This document shows, piece after piece, positions 33,833 through 45,607 of a stretch of 64,000 nucleotides of DNA. The notes beneath the pieces are model-generated. The model did not search any database, was not told the DNA's origin, and saw only the letters and a list, made by a program, of their open reading frames with translations. Positions within the stretch are counted from its first letter, which is position 1, and each line of letters starts with the position of its first letter. The stretch lies in assembly GCA_043228905.1 (NCBI GenBank), contig JBHGNT010000020.1, positions 2,604,001 through 2,668,000 of the forward strand. The letters run 5' to 3'. The DNA is from Azolla caroliniana. Lineage: Eukaryota; Plantae; Polypodiophyta. A program made the position numbers and the translations under genes.

Positions 33833-36466
33833 ACGTGAGACTGAAGAGACGGAAGGTGGCGGCAGGAAATCGAAGGATCGAAACGACGATGAGGACGAGG
33901 ACGAGGATGACCACAGATGAAGGGATCCCTCCACACCGGTTCCGAAGACTTCGGCAGTTGTGCCTGAGAGCCAACATAAGACCGGAGAGATGGAAGGTGG
34001 CGGCAAGGAGATGAGGGTCGAAGCCAGCGCATACAGAGGAACGATGGCCAACAAGGAGTCCAAGAACAAAGCTACCATAGAGTTTGATGAAGAGCCAGAG
34101 AGCAACAAGAAAGGAAGAACATGAAGTAAATCCGAATGGAGATGACGTGGTTGATATTCCGACCCGAACAAAAGCCGACCCGGACAAGAGCTGATCAACC
34201 AGGCCCGACCCAACCGAAACCCAATCCAGCCAAACCTGATCGGTCAGACCCGATTCAGAAGGGAGTAGACTTGCTTGAAGCCGATCGTCTAAGTCCGATT
34301 CGGCCGAATGTGAATTTGAACGAAGGCCGACCAAGCCAGAAGTTGATTGGTCGAGACCGATCCAGACAGAAGTTGAGCCAACCTAGCCGGAGGTCGAAGC
34401 AGACGAGCTGCAACACCCGGTCAAGGCTAGTGAGCATGAGGAATGGCAAGCATGAGAGAAGAAAGGACAATCAGAGGAAGTTTGATGACCAAGGAGATGG
34501 TTGGGACGAACGTGGCACATGTATGATACATGAAGGGTTATGTTCAGGAGGGGCAAAGGGGGCCATGGCTACCGGCCATGGCATTGCGAAGTGCGAGCGA
34601 ACGATATGGTGGATCGGATGGCAACGATGGTTCGGCTGGAAGGAATGGACGAGCTCAAAATGGAGGGACAAAGACAGTGCGGGCAAGGTGCGGGCAAGGC
34701 TGACAACCTTTGGCCCCACCACGTCACTCTTTTCCTTCTTGGCACATGCCGGAGGATGTGCGGTTTGGTGGGGGTGGATGTCGTGATGTGGTGTGTTTAG
34801 TGCAAGAAAAAGTCAAAAAGTGAGGATACACACACATTTAACAAATACTTTTAAAAATGAAAATAAATCAATAATAAATAAACCTAGGGCCAAATGGCAT
34901 TGAGTGCGTATAGAGGGGTGCAAGTAAGATTTGAACCTTGTACCTCCAAGATAAAAAGCAATTAGCTTACCACTAAAGCTACTACTAAGTGCTTTAGATT
35001 TTGTATATTTCCTTGTCATATTCAGTATTCCATAGGAAACAAACGTACAAAACTGTGTGCACAAAACCATGGTTTTAGCCCATGGTTTTGTGCATGTCAC
35101 AAGCATGGAGAGACCTATAAAAGCCTCTAGTTGAGGTTGTGTAAGGGGGGTCAATTTGGAGATCCTCATCATCATCATCAATAATAATATAATACTCTTC
35201 TTATTCTTCTTCTTGACATCTATCTTCTTCTCAAGTATAAAAATCTTCAATCTTCTTAAGTGTGACATTAGTTTCCTCGACTCCTACATACACATCGACA
35301 TCTTTTCGATAACTTGGCGAACGTCCTCCTAGGCACAAACGTTCTCCCTAGTCCAAGACCCCGGTTCAAGCTCTAAGTATCATATTCAAGCTCTAAGTTA
35401 ATGTTCTCTTATTTCTAGGGTTGGTTCAAACTAGCATAAGGAACTTTGAAGGGAACTAAAACTTGCTTAGTTTCATCCTTGATGAAGTTTTGTATAAATA
35501 AGGAAAGATCTACCTAGAGATTTACAATCACATGACTTGATTTTATCTCTAGGATGCTAGATTGTTCATGAACAAATAATTTGACACCTTGTAATCCTCA
35601 AAGATTGGAACCCTTGATGTTTCTTTAATTGATAACCAATAGATGGCAATAAGATATGGAGCCTGAATCCAAGAAAACTAGTAGACTAAAACTACAAACA
35701 AGGTTTCCATAGTATTCTCCTAATGACCACCCTAAACCAACCTTGATTCTTGCACATTTCCACTCTCGAACTTTGACTTGTTTGCTCAAAACTTAATTTC
35801 AAGGCTTCTATTTATCAAAGACATTTATTTGAATAAGGCATCTCTTATGTTACCAAGTCTCACTCTTCCAGTAAAAAGTAAACAATCTTCCTCACATATC
35901 CACAATGTGAATCAATGGAGTGTCTCACTTACTTGAATTTATCCAATGCTGACTCAACCAATCACATGCCAATCTTGAGGTCTACTGGCAATGACTTTTC
36001 CAATCTATGAACCATTGCCTTCCAATGTTTCACACTAGCCATGAAATGTTATTTTGCTCAAAACTGAACAAGCAATAGATACAATGTAACAATTACTGAT
36101 GCATTACAACCTAGCTACCCCATTGTTTGTTGACCTTGTTGAGGTGTGTGGCATACATATTAAACCAAGGATGTGTACCTATGATATGCAAGGGCGCTTA
36201 AATCCCACAACATTAGGTTTTGCTAGAGAATTTCCTTCCCACATCCACATTGTTGTAATTTGCTTATCGAGCTTAAATGCATACTATTTGACTTCATACA
36301 CATAGCCATCCTTATAAGATAGGGAAAGTTAAGCAAAGACTAGTTACAAACCAAAAATGCAAAATGCTGAAATATATAATCACTAATATTATCAAAGGGC
36401 AATAAATGAAGAATTGGGCACCGATGAATGCCGAGAACAAGATGTATATATGATATAATGAGAGAG

Positions 36467-38365
36467 CTATAGGTTATACATGGGTCGATCAGTCCACGCC
36501 CCTGAGACATGGCCATTTTCACACACATAAGCCCTCACTACAGGCTCTCCATCATCATGGTACTCAATACATCTCTTCAAGCAAAAGGTAGTAACCATAT
36601 CCCATGTGGACTCACATACACAAAAAGCACATCCAACATTGGTCGGTTTGGCATGCATATCCTTAAGGTTCCTCCACACATGTGAGCTTTTGAAATTCTT
36701 GAATACCCCTCGGAAAAGCTTGTATTTCCTTTTCTCCCTAGTATGCACGCATCCAGGCCAATCACAAATGTAGAGGCTATCAGCTCGGAATCGGTTTGCA
36801 AGGAGCTTATTGCCTTGCTCCCGAGATAAGTTGGCACATCCAGAGGCCATATGACAATGCTTGAGACGACGTCTCTTGTCACATTCCCGGGAAAGACGAC
36901 GTCTCTTGTCACGTTTCCGAGGATCCTCATAGTTTTTCCGATGATTCTTGTTTCCTTTCCGAAGGTCATCACCATTCTCCTCGAGATTCCGAACGCTTTT
37001 GCTTTCCGGACGACACTCCTCGCTTTTCAGAGGATTCCGATCACTTTCCTGATGATGATGCTCCTCGCTTTTCGGAGGATTCCTACTGCTTTCCTGATTG
37101 TTATCTCCAAGGCTTATTCGAAGATACTCATTGCTTTTCCAAAGATCTTCACTACCTTTCCAAAGGTCATCGCCATTTTCCACAACATTCCGATCAAGAT
37201 TCCAATCGCTTTCCGGATGACACTCCTCGTTTTCCGGAGGATTCCTACTGCTTTCCTGATGGTGATCCCCGAGGCTTATTCTAAGATACTCATTGCTTTT
37301 CAAAAGATCTTCACTACCTTTCCAAAGGTCATCGCTATTTTCCACAACATTCCGATCACTTTCCGGATGACACTCCTCGCTTATCGGAGTATTCCAACTG
37401 CTTTCCTGATGATACTTCTCGCTTTTCGGAGGATTCCTACTGCTTTCCTGATTGTGACCCCAGAGGCTTATTCGAAGATAGTCATTGCTTTCACAATTGT
37501 TCTTCTTTGCCTGCTTTGGACGAAGATTGCTAGCAGACACAATCATTGAATCGGTATGATATGGAACCTTACAAGCTGTGGCAATGGCATGTTCCTTGAT
37601 GGATGAGGCATCCCTGTGATGATAGGTAGTGCTTTCCTTATCATCAGAGTCATGATGATGATGATGGGAGTGACAAGGTATAACACAGAGCCGTCCAATA
37701 TGTCCTCTTTCCATGGCCATCAAGCCATGAGATGAGTCTTCTTTACTACAGGAATGTTGATGAAAACCAGAACCAGATATGGTACTCCTTTCTCCATGAA
37801 GGGTTCTTTCTTCTTCTTCTTCTTCTTCTTCTTCTTCATGGATTTCTTTTCTAGAACTTCCTGCAAGATGCATATTATCTTGTGCACCAGAGCCAGTTGT
37901 CTTACTTACTTCTCTATGATGGCTTTTCTTATGAATGTTACCAGCACTTTCTTTGAGATACAAATCTGGACCTTCTTCTTCTCCTCCTTCTTCAAGCCAA
38001 GAAAGCCCTGTATTGATCCCGAAATCCCAGTTTCCTAATAGAACTCCAGCATGCCATAGCCCAGGGCAGCATACTATAAGCTTCTGAAGAGAAGACCATC
38101 CTCCAGGAGGCTCAGAAGAAGAAGAAGAAGACGAAGAAGACGAAGAAGAAGGAGAGATTAGTCCCCTAACAAGCAGGGGTAGGGTTTGTTCACACCTGAC
38201 CTTATAACATACATTTCTGATGAGATTGCGGAATCGAGAACAGACACAGACGAGTCGAGGCAAGTCCCGAGGATCATCAAAGAGTCGAAAGAAGATGTTT
38301 AGTAGTAAATCTTCAGGAATTGAGCTGAAATAAATGAGAGGATCTGAGAGATGGGCGATGGCCAT
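36467..38365 (-). CDS. EID1: Phytochrome A-associated F-box protein (EID1 family), intronless, 632 aa
   Basis: N-terminal F-box FSSIPEDLLLNIFFRLFDDPR, PPGGWSSLQKLIVCCPGLWHAGVLL, and C-terminal NLSREQGNKLLA...HDDGEPVVRAYVCENGHVSGAWT, all recognisable EID1 blocks. Confidence 0.93.
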   Translation of the reverse strand: MAIAHLSDPLIYFSSIPEDLLLNIFFRLFDDPRDLPRLVCVCSRFRNLIRNVCYKVRCEQTLPLLVRGLISPSSSSSSSSSSSSEPPGGWSSLQKLIVCCPGLWHAGVLLGNWDFGINTGLSWLEEGGEEEGPDLYLKESAGNIHKKSHHREVSKTTGSGAQDNMHLAGSSRKEIHEEEEEEEEEERTLHGERSTISGSGFHQHSCSKEDSSHGLMAMERGHIGRLCVIPCHSHHHHHDSDDKESTTYHHRDASSIKEHAIATACKVPYHTDSMIVSASNLRPKQAKKNNCESNDYLRISLWGHNQESSRNPPKSEKYHQESSWNTPISEECHPESDRNVVENSDDLWKGSEDLLKSNEYLRISLGDHHQESSRNPPENEECHPESDWNLDRNVVENGDDLWKGSEDLWKSNEYLRISLGDNNQESSRNPPKSEEHHHQESDRNPLKSEECRPESKSVRNLEENGDDLRKGNKNHRKNYEDPRKRDKRRRLSRECDKRRRLKHCHMASGCANLSREQGNKLLANRFRADSLYICDWPGCVHTREKRKYKLFRGVFKNFKSSHVWRNLKDMHAKPTNVGCAFCVCESTWDMVTTFCLKRCIEYHDDGEPVVRAYVCENGHVSGAWTDRPMYNL

Positions 38366-38387
38366 ACCTTCTTGTATCGTAAAGAGA

Positions 38388-38464
38388 TTCTTCTTCTTCT
38401 TCTTCTTCTTCTTCTTCTTCTTCTTCTTCTTCTTCTTCTTCTTCTTCTTCTTCTTCTTCTTCTT
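38388..38464. repeat. (TTC)n microsatellite, about 25 units, immediately upstream of the EID1 start
   Basis: Direct read. Confidence 0.95.
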
Positions 38465-41254
38465 TCAACAGAAGGGGATTAAAAGATAGGTTCTGAATGT
38501 GGGCGATTTGTGGGGATTTTACCCTTTTCTTTGCTTTGGGGGAGGGGTATTGTCTGAAGGTCGGATCTGTGGCCTAATCGTGGGTGGAGATCGCTGTTGT
38601 TTCGGTGGGAAATGGTTTCTTGCTTTCCTCTGTGTTTCTATTTTCTGAATGGTTTTGCTTGAGCAGGAAATGGGCGATCTATGGCGGAAATTTGCATTCT
38701 CTCCATGGATGAGAGTTCAGAGTAATAAAGAACTTAGAAGAAGAAGAAGAAGAGGAGGAAGAAGAGGAAGATGATGATGAGTTCAATGTGTGTGCCTGGC
38801 TCTCTTTGGCCTCTTGGGGGAGGATGGGCAAGCTAATGTCCACCCCGGCCATTGAAGCCTAGCAAGAACTTTCCAACCTCTCTCTTTTCACCAGGGACTA
38901 GGGAGGGGCATCTCGCCACTTCATAATCTTAGAATAGCCAATGTCTGCCCGGCCATTGAAGCTTGGCAGGAACTTCCTGACCTGTCTCTTTTCACCTTGG
39001 GGGAAGGAGGGGCATCTCGCTACTTCATAACCTTAAAATTAATTTCCACACTCCCCCAATTCCACTCCTTGGGTTCCTTCCTACTTCTCTCCTCTCAGTT
39101 ACAGATGCTTGTCTATAACCACCGCCTAGCTCCTTGGGTAAACCAGACGCAATCCGCTCCTTTCTCGAAACTTGAAAGTCTTACTGCTCAGATTTCCCGT
39201 GACGGTCCATTTTTGTCATGGATGTGGGAGGGTCAGGGCAACAGGATGGGTGGATGAGGGAAGATTCGAATGAATGAAACATTTATTGAGAGGATGCGTG
39301 GATGAGGGAATGAGTGAAAGGCGGGATGAGCACATGAGAAAATGGGTAGATGAGGATGAGTGGATATGAAGAGAGGAACAAATGGAGTGAATTGGACAAG
39401 AACAATCAGCCAAGGCGAGAAACCTAGGTATTGGTGGTTTGATAAACATGAACATGGCCGAAGTATCTAATGTTAGGTACAAAATACTCCTTAATTAGGC
39501 ATATAATACTAGAATAAAGGGAAAATGATCATTAGTATTGTTAAAGTTGAATGACAAGATAACAATAAGCCAAACATGTATAAACATCATCTGAAGACCA
39601 CACAATGTAAGAGAGTTATAACGTAGTTTTAATGAAGTAATGGCAAAAGATCAACAACATTGTTTTAGTTGCGTTAATAGAATGTAAATGTTTCATAATC
39701 GAAGTGATTCAGATGTCATGGTAAGTTTGGTCAGTGTTTGTTGTCAAAATAATGTGTCTCATAACATTGTTCAAGAGAGTGATCTCAGCACATTAAGTTA
39801 GCATATGCCCTCATAGTTATGTTCTGGTTAAGCTCTCAAGTAGCATGTTATTGCGGAAATCCAAGCATGCATGTAATCTATGAGGACCACCATGGTCTTG
39901 AACCAATGAAAGGGGGGGTTGAACATTACATTTCTTTTGAAGTTTCACATTTTTAATGGCACGAACGCCCATGTGTGGTTATTTCGCTTATTGATAGCCC
40001 CATCACAGTGAAGGTGGATGGGTGCAAAAGTTTTTATTTTCTTGGTTTAATGAGATCTCGTGTTGAAAAAGCATGTGTAAAACTATGAAAACCTAAGAAG
40101 TTACATAATCGTGGGTTCATGAATGATAATCGTGTTTATGAGATTAGATGCGTGTGTGTCTGCATTTAGTGTCAAACATGCAAGTGAGTTTGTCACCTTT
40201 AGTATCTAAATGTGCTTGTGTTCTATATGCAAATGTGCATGTGGAATAACATATATCAAGTCATGTGAATTTGCATTTTTTATGCTTTCATATATATATG
40301 TGTGTTGTTATTGTGAGAAGAGTGGAGGCTCTATGTTTTGGGGGAATAAAATTGGAAAAAGAAGAAGGAAAAGGATATTCAACAAATTTTAGGTGGGGTA
40401 GGGGTATATTAGTAATGTAGTTTTTTTTATAGGGGACGGACTTGATTTTGTGAATCCAACAAGGCTCAAGCAATGTGAAACATGAGCCCCAAGCTTGACA
40501 CCAAGCGTAAGGTCGGTGAGTGACCATGAACAGAGCCTAACTTTTGAATATTGAACACGCTTAAGCAAGCAATCGTCGAGGGGTGCATTGGCAACGTTTG
40601 GAACAAATGATGATGCACAACATAGAGGTGTTGCATCTTATGCAACATCTCCTATTGTCACATAGCGGCTCAATACAACATGCAACAACTCTACACCATG
40701 GCTATTGGCAAGCCACAATACCATCTCCCAACAAAGTAATATTGTGCTTGTTCATGTGGGCTTGTTCACATGGTGATTTCGGTTGGATGTACATATGTTG
40801 GAGCATCGTGATGATTTGGGCCCACAAAGGATCACCATCACCTAATGGCAAGGGAATCAAGTCATGCACAAAGAGACATAATTACCATTTATGAAGAAAA
40901 AAAAGAAAGAGGATCAATCTTGATGCACTATCTATGGTACTAATATATATCAATACTTCGAAAACTGATTCATCTAACTCATCCATAAATAATGCTTAAA
41001 AAACACGCACCTAAAACCTAGAGAGAAGACCCAAAAACACTCGTCCTGGAGTTCAAAAACATCATGAACATGCTCTTGTATTGCCACTAAGCAAATTATA
41101 TAATATTATGAACAAGCTCTTGTATTGCCAAGAAGCAACTTATATATCGTGCACAACATGAACGCAGCAATGGATTGGCAATAAGCAAATTATATATTAT
41201 TAATAGCAATCAACAATTGGACCTACATCAGTTTCTGGAGTGAATTCTTCTTGT

Positions 41255-44200
41255 TCAAATAATATTATGTTGTTGTAGATAATTTAGAGCCATGTTGCAT
41301 GTCACTATGGATGGCAACATCATGTTACCACCATACATGATATCCTTCAATGTTGGCAGGTCCACATCCAAGGCTTCAATAATCTCCTCTAGATCTTGAG
41401 AGAGTGGCATTGGATCCTTCTGTTTCATTATATATACAAATAATTTTGACTACATAGGAGATAAATTGAGCAATAAGCAAGCAAGCAAACAAACAAACAA
41501 ACAAAAAATTTGAAGTCGGGGTACCTCAGGATCGAGGACCAAGAAAGGGGTGAATCTATTCCGGCACCATTTCACCTGTGGAAAAAGTGAGTGGAGTTTT
41601 ATGTGACTCTATAGCTCCAAAATTGCCTCAGATCAGGCCTGTCCAAACTTATGCTATGTGGGTGGAGTGTGTGTGCACATGTGTATATGCATGGTATGTA
41701 TGTCTATCTGTATGTACATGTGTGTATATATGTCTGTATTTTTATGTATAGACATATATACATACACATGTACACTTTAATGCATGCATCCTACATACAT
41801 TTATATAAATACATATTTATATCCACCATATACCTCCAAAATTCCTAGATGTCCATCTGGAATAAGCTTGATCAGAGAGCCATTCCGCAAATGAGCCTAT
41901 ACATGCTTTTGAGAAAGATCACATAATTAAAGCATTGCCGCCCTGGGAAGAGTTTTCATATCTCCATAGTCCAAAGAAAGTGCTTCAGACACAACGAAGA
42001 ATACGTATAATATACACGAAGTAAATGTTTTCTTATACACAATAAAGAATGCATACATTATTCACAAAAGATTGTAAGAAATAGCATACCTCCTCAGAGA
42101 GCTCACTCATTATGCAATCTTCTAAGGACTTGTGCTTCTGTGATAATCCACCCGTTGGGACCCCATATAGGAAATCATTTGCTCCCTATGTAAATTAATG
42201 TATATTTATGTATGTATCATATAATATACAAAGGTTATAGAGAAAAGTGGCAAAATGCTCCTTAAGTTTCCAGATAAGTGAAAGGGCATTTTGGCGTTTC
42301 TCTAAATATGTGAGTGTGTGCGTACGGGTGTCTGCGCATGCGTGTTTATGTGTGCCTCTACATGTACATATATCATTCATATGTGTACAGAATTTATACA
42401 CTATATAACTCTTATAAACACACAGAAAGAAACTTACCTGGGCATACTCTTTAATGAGAGTCACAGACTTTGTAGATGTATTGAAGGGAAAGACAGTACA
42501 ATAATGGTGTGAAACAGTCTTTGAACCAACAATATCATAATCAACGGTTATAAATTTAGCTTCCTCATTGCTTGTCTGAGCCACGGGCATCTGAATTTTT
42601 GCCATACATCATGCCAGAAGAACTCCGTCAATGTTCTATACTGTTAAACTACAGATGCTTTAACATCAATTTTGGATAAATTGACAACTTAATGCATGTC
42701 TCTTGATAAGAGATCGTTTTTGGGAAAACTTAATTATATATGCTTATTATGTATAGAATTTCGAAATTGTTTACTTTCAAATTTAATGTCATAGTTGAGC
42801 TACTAATCACATTCAATTTAATCTAAGGCAGATTATTATTTGAGTTTGGAGAAGCAACTTATGCGTGTCTCTTGATAAGATATATATCATATTCATTCTG
42901 GAAAATTACTTTGATATATTTATGTGTGAGGCATTTCAGAAGGTGTGCTTGTATTCTGAAAATTAACTTAGTCATAGTTGGAGTCCATAATTACCATGAA
43001 ATTTAATCTTGGGCACACTATTATATGAGGTGGTGAAATTTAACCTTAGGCACGTTAATTATATGAGGTTGTGGGTTTTAATGATTACAAGATTTAACTA
43101 CTGTATACACTCTTTTGTGAAATAGAGAGCATACCATAATTACTCAAATTAGAAGATTTCATCTAATTTCATAAAGTGGGCATATCCTAATTAAGGCGAT
43201 CTAATTGGCTAATTATGATTCTAATTTTGTTATTTGATGCTTCAACATGAACCAAGCATATGAAGGTAATTCTGAGAACAAGCAAGCATATATTTTGAAA
43301 ACCTAATACAATATTGGGTATATATAGGTACTTGTCTGCATTATTAATCAATATAATTTATTGGGTGAATATTCACTCAATGCACAGAGGTATCCAAGAC
43401 TACATCTAGATCTTCCAAGTAGACCAACTGAAGCAAACATCTCTACTCTAGCTGGGCACATACACCCAAATGGTTTAAGACATGGAATGTGGACACACTA
43501 CATGAGCTACCCATGAAAGATAGATATGCATAAGACCAATGTTGAATTGTACCCTTCTAGATACACTTGAAGACATATGGAATGAGGATACCAGAAGCAG
43601 CAAAATTGCAATATTATTGCAATCACATCAACCTAACAATGTTGAGGCATCTGAAAGGGAATGGCAGAAACACCCAATCATATATTGTAATTACAATCTC
43701 ATTCAACAATTTAGATGGTCAATCAGTCTCCTGTGCACGCAAGCATATTGATTCACAATTGAGGACAAGAGCATGGAGAGCCCTAGCTAGAAACAAGTCA
43801 ATATGTACAGAGTTTGCAACAAACCACATATGTGAGGATGAGTAGCACCATGCATAACGATATAATTTTACGTGAAGTATATATTGCCATTAGAGAATGT
43901 TTCCCACCATCTATCACCTCGTGCTCCCAACCTTACAATAAGTTCTCCAAGATGGATCCTACCTCACAGCCATTTGTATATATGTTTCCTACTTGAGAAT
44001 AAGAGAGACCTATTGAAAAATGCATGTACTATGACCTCCAAACCATAATCAGGATAGGGTAATTCCTCGTGTTTACCACTTTTTTGGGTCCCCCATAGGT
44101 CACGGCACTTGCCTCCCAAAGGAAACAATATATGTCATCATCAGTTTACTGATGAATTATAAGGCGAGGGGGAACTCTCTTGTCAAATAAAAGTGAAATA

Positions 44201-45607
44201 TGGGTTCAAGCTAAAGTGAAAGGGTTTAAATTATAAACCATTTTGGCAAATAATTTGAATAGAAATAAATTTAAAATCAACTTTTAAATATTTTAGGCTT
44301 TATTATATTTATTAAAATCGATATTATAGAAGTGGACCTATAAACCGTCTAAACTGCAGTTTCAAGCTGGATAGAGAACAGGAAACCATTAAGCCAATAT
44401 AATTTCAAAGCAAAGAGCCAAACCAAACCATTTAGGGCCTCTCAAATATGGATACACATCTATCTACTGTGCTCTGCATGGTGATAGCGCAGTTCAGAAC
44501 CTCTTTACATTAGTTAGAAATTGAGATAGGCAGATATGCACACAAGCTTATGGAAGAACTGATCTGCCAATCATGCCATCAGTTGGTGGAATCAAAATAA
44601 ACATTATTTTTACCATTCTGTTTTCATGAAATAAGAGAGAAATATCTGCCTCTTCAGACAAATGCATTACCTCACTGTTTAAGGTAATAGAATACAAAGA
44701 CCACTGGCACTTGGGACTGTTCTGGCTAGAACTCACAGAAGCATAGAGAGAAGTTATTGAAGGACAACAATGCAACCACAACAATTCAACAGAAAACCAT
44801 CACAACTTGCTTGAGCTCTATCACTCCAAATGTTACAATTCAATCAAGGGCTACACAAGTGAAGTCTTGAAAAGAGCACTCGAAAGGGGTTACAATAGAT
44901 CAGGCAGTAGGCCACTGTCATCTGGAGCAAGGTCCTACCGCTCTTGTCATCGAAAAACAACGGCCATTATCCCCTGGTACTTAAAGTGCTTCCTTCAGTT
45001 CAGAGATCTTTCCACCTTGAAGCAGCCCACGTTCGCAATTTTTGAAGGCAGGACAATGTCAGGCTATCTAAGTTTAGAAGCTTAAGTGCTTAGATAACTA
45101 GATTCTTCAGTAACTACTTTTACCTTAGTGTTATAGGATCTAATCTCTTGGGCAGTCTTATAGGCAATTTTGACCTCTTAAAATGACATTAATATAGATC
45201 TCTATCTCTCTCTCTCACACATAGGTAATCTAAACATGGACATACCCAATATATAAAGTGCGCATGACATACATACATAATGCCATACAATCCAAATTTC
45301 TTATGCAGATCTATGTAGATTTGCTTGTTTGATTCAAATCTATATAGATTTACTTGTTACAATAACCTCTTGGGAATTTTAATGATTTCTAACCTCTACA
45401 ACACGGTTGTATACATTGATATACCGAGAGTAGCAGAGCTCTTCCTGCAAGACAAATACGAGAAAATATGAAAACATATCGACATGAGAAACAATAATAT
45501 CGCATGAACAAAATAAAATGTAAAAAAGAAATAAACTAGAATAATTTAGTTACCTTTATTATCCTAAGGTTCCCTTCGTGATGGGTTCCATCATGAGGAG
45601 AAGCCAT
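41255..45607 (-). CDS. Nudix-fold hydrolase-like protein, 210 aa, 7 exons: 45554-45607, 45394-45444, 42438-42590, 42090-42185, 41834-41896, 41525-41575, 41255-41419
   Basis: All six introns are GT-AG. Spliced frame is open: MASPHDGTHHEGNLRIIK/EELCYSRYINVYNRVVE/MPV...VTLIKEYAQ/GANDFLYGVPTGGLSQKHKSLEDCIMSELSEE/AHLRNG...GILE/VKWCRNRFTPFLVLDPE/KDP...HNII*. Nudix box variant present. Confidence 0.85.

Larger units (their letters stand above)
31067..35365 (+). mobile_element. Element E: second gag-only non-autonomous element of the Trp/4-bp family; 3' LTR truncated
   Basis: LTRs 31067-31696 and 34779-about 35365. PBS TGGTGAACCCGACATGAA 31703-31720. PPT-like GGTGGGGGTGGA. Left flank ACGT. Decayed gag homologous to C; no pol motifs. 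Confidence 0.87.

Noticed and set aside
36851-37549. 232-aa hydrophobic repeat ORF on + strand
   Set aside because: Antisense shadow of the EID1 repeat region.
45570-45600. TTCGTGATG as left end of the LTR finishing at 46552
   Set aside because: No matching TSD, and the sequence is explained as exon 1 of the Nudix gene.
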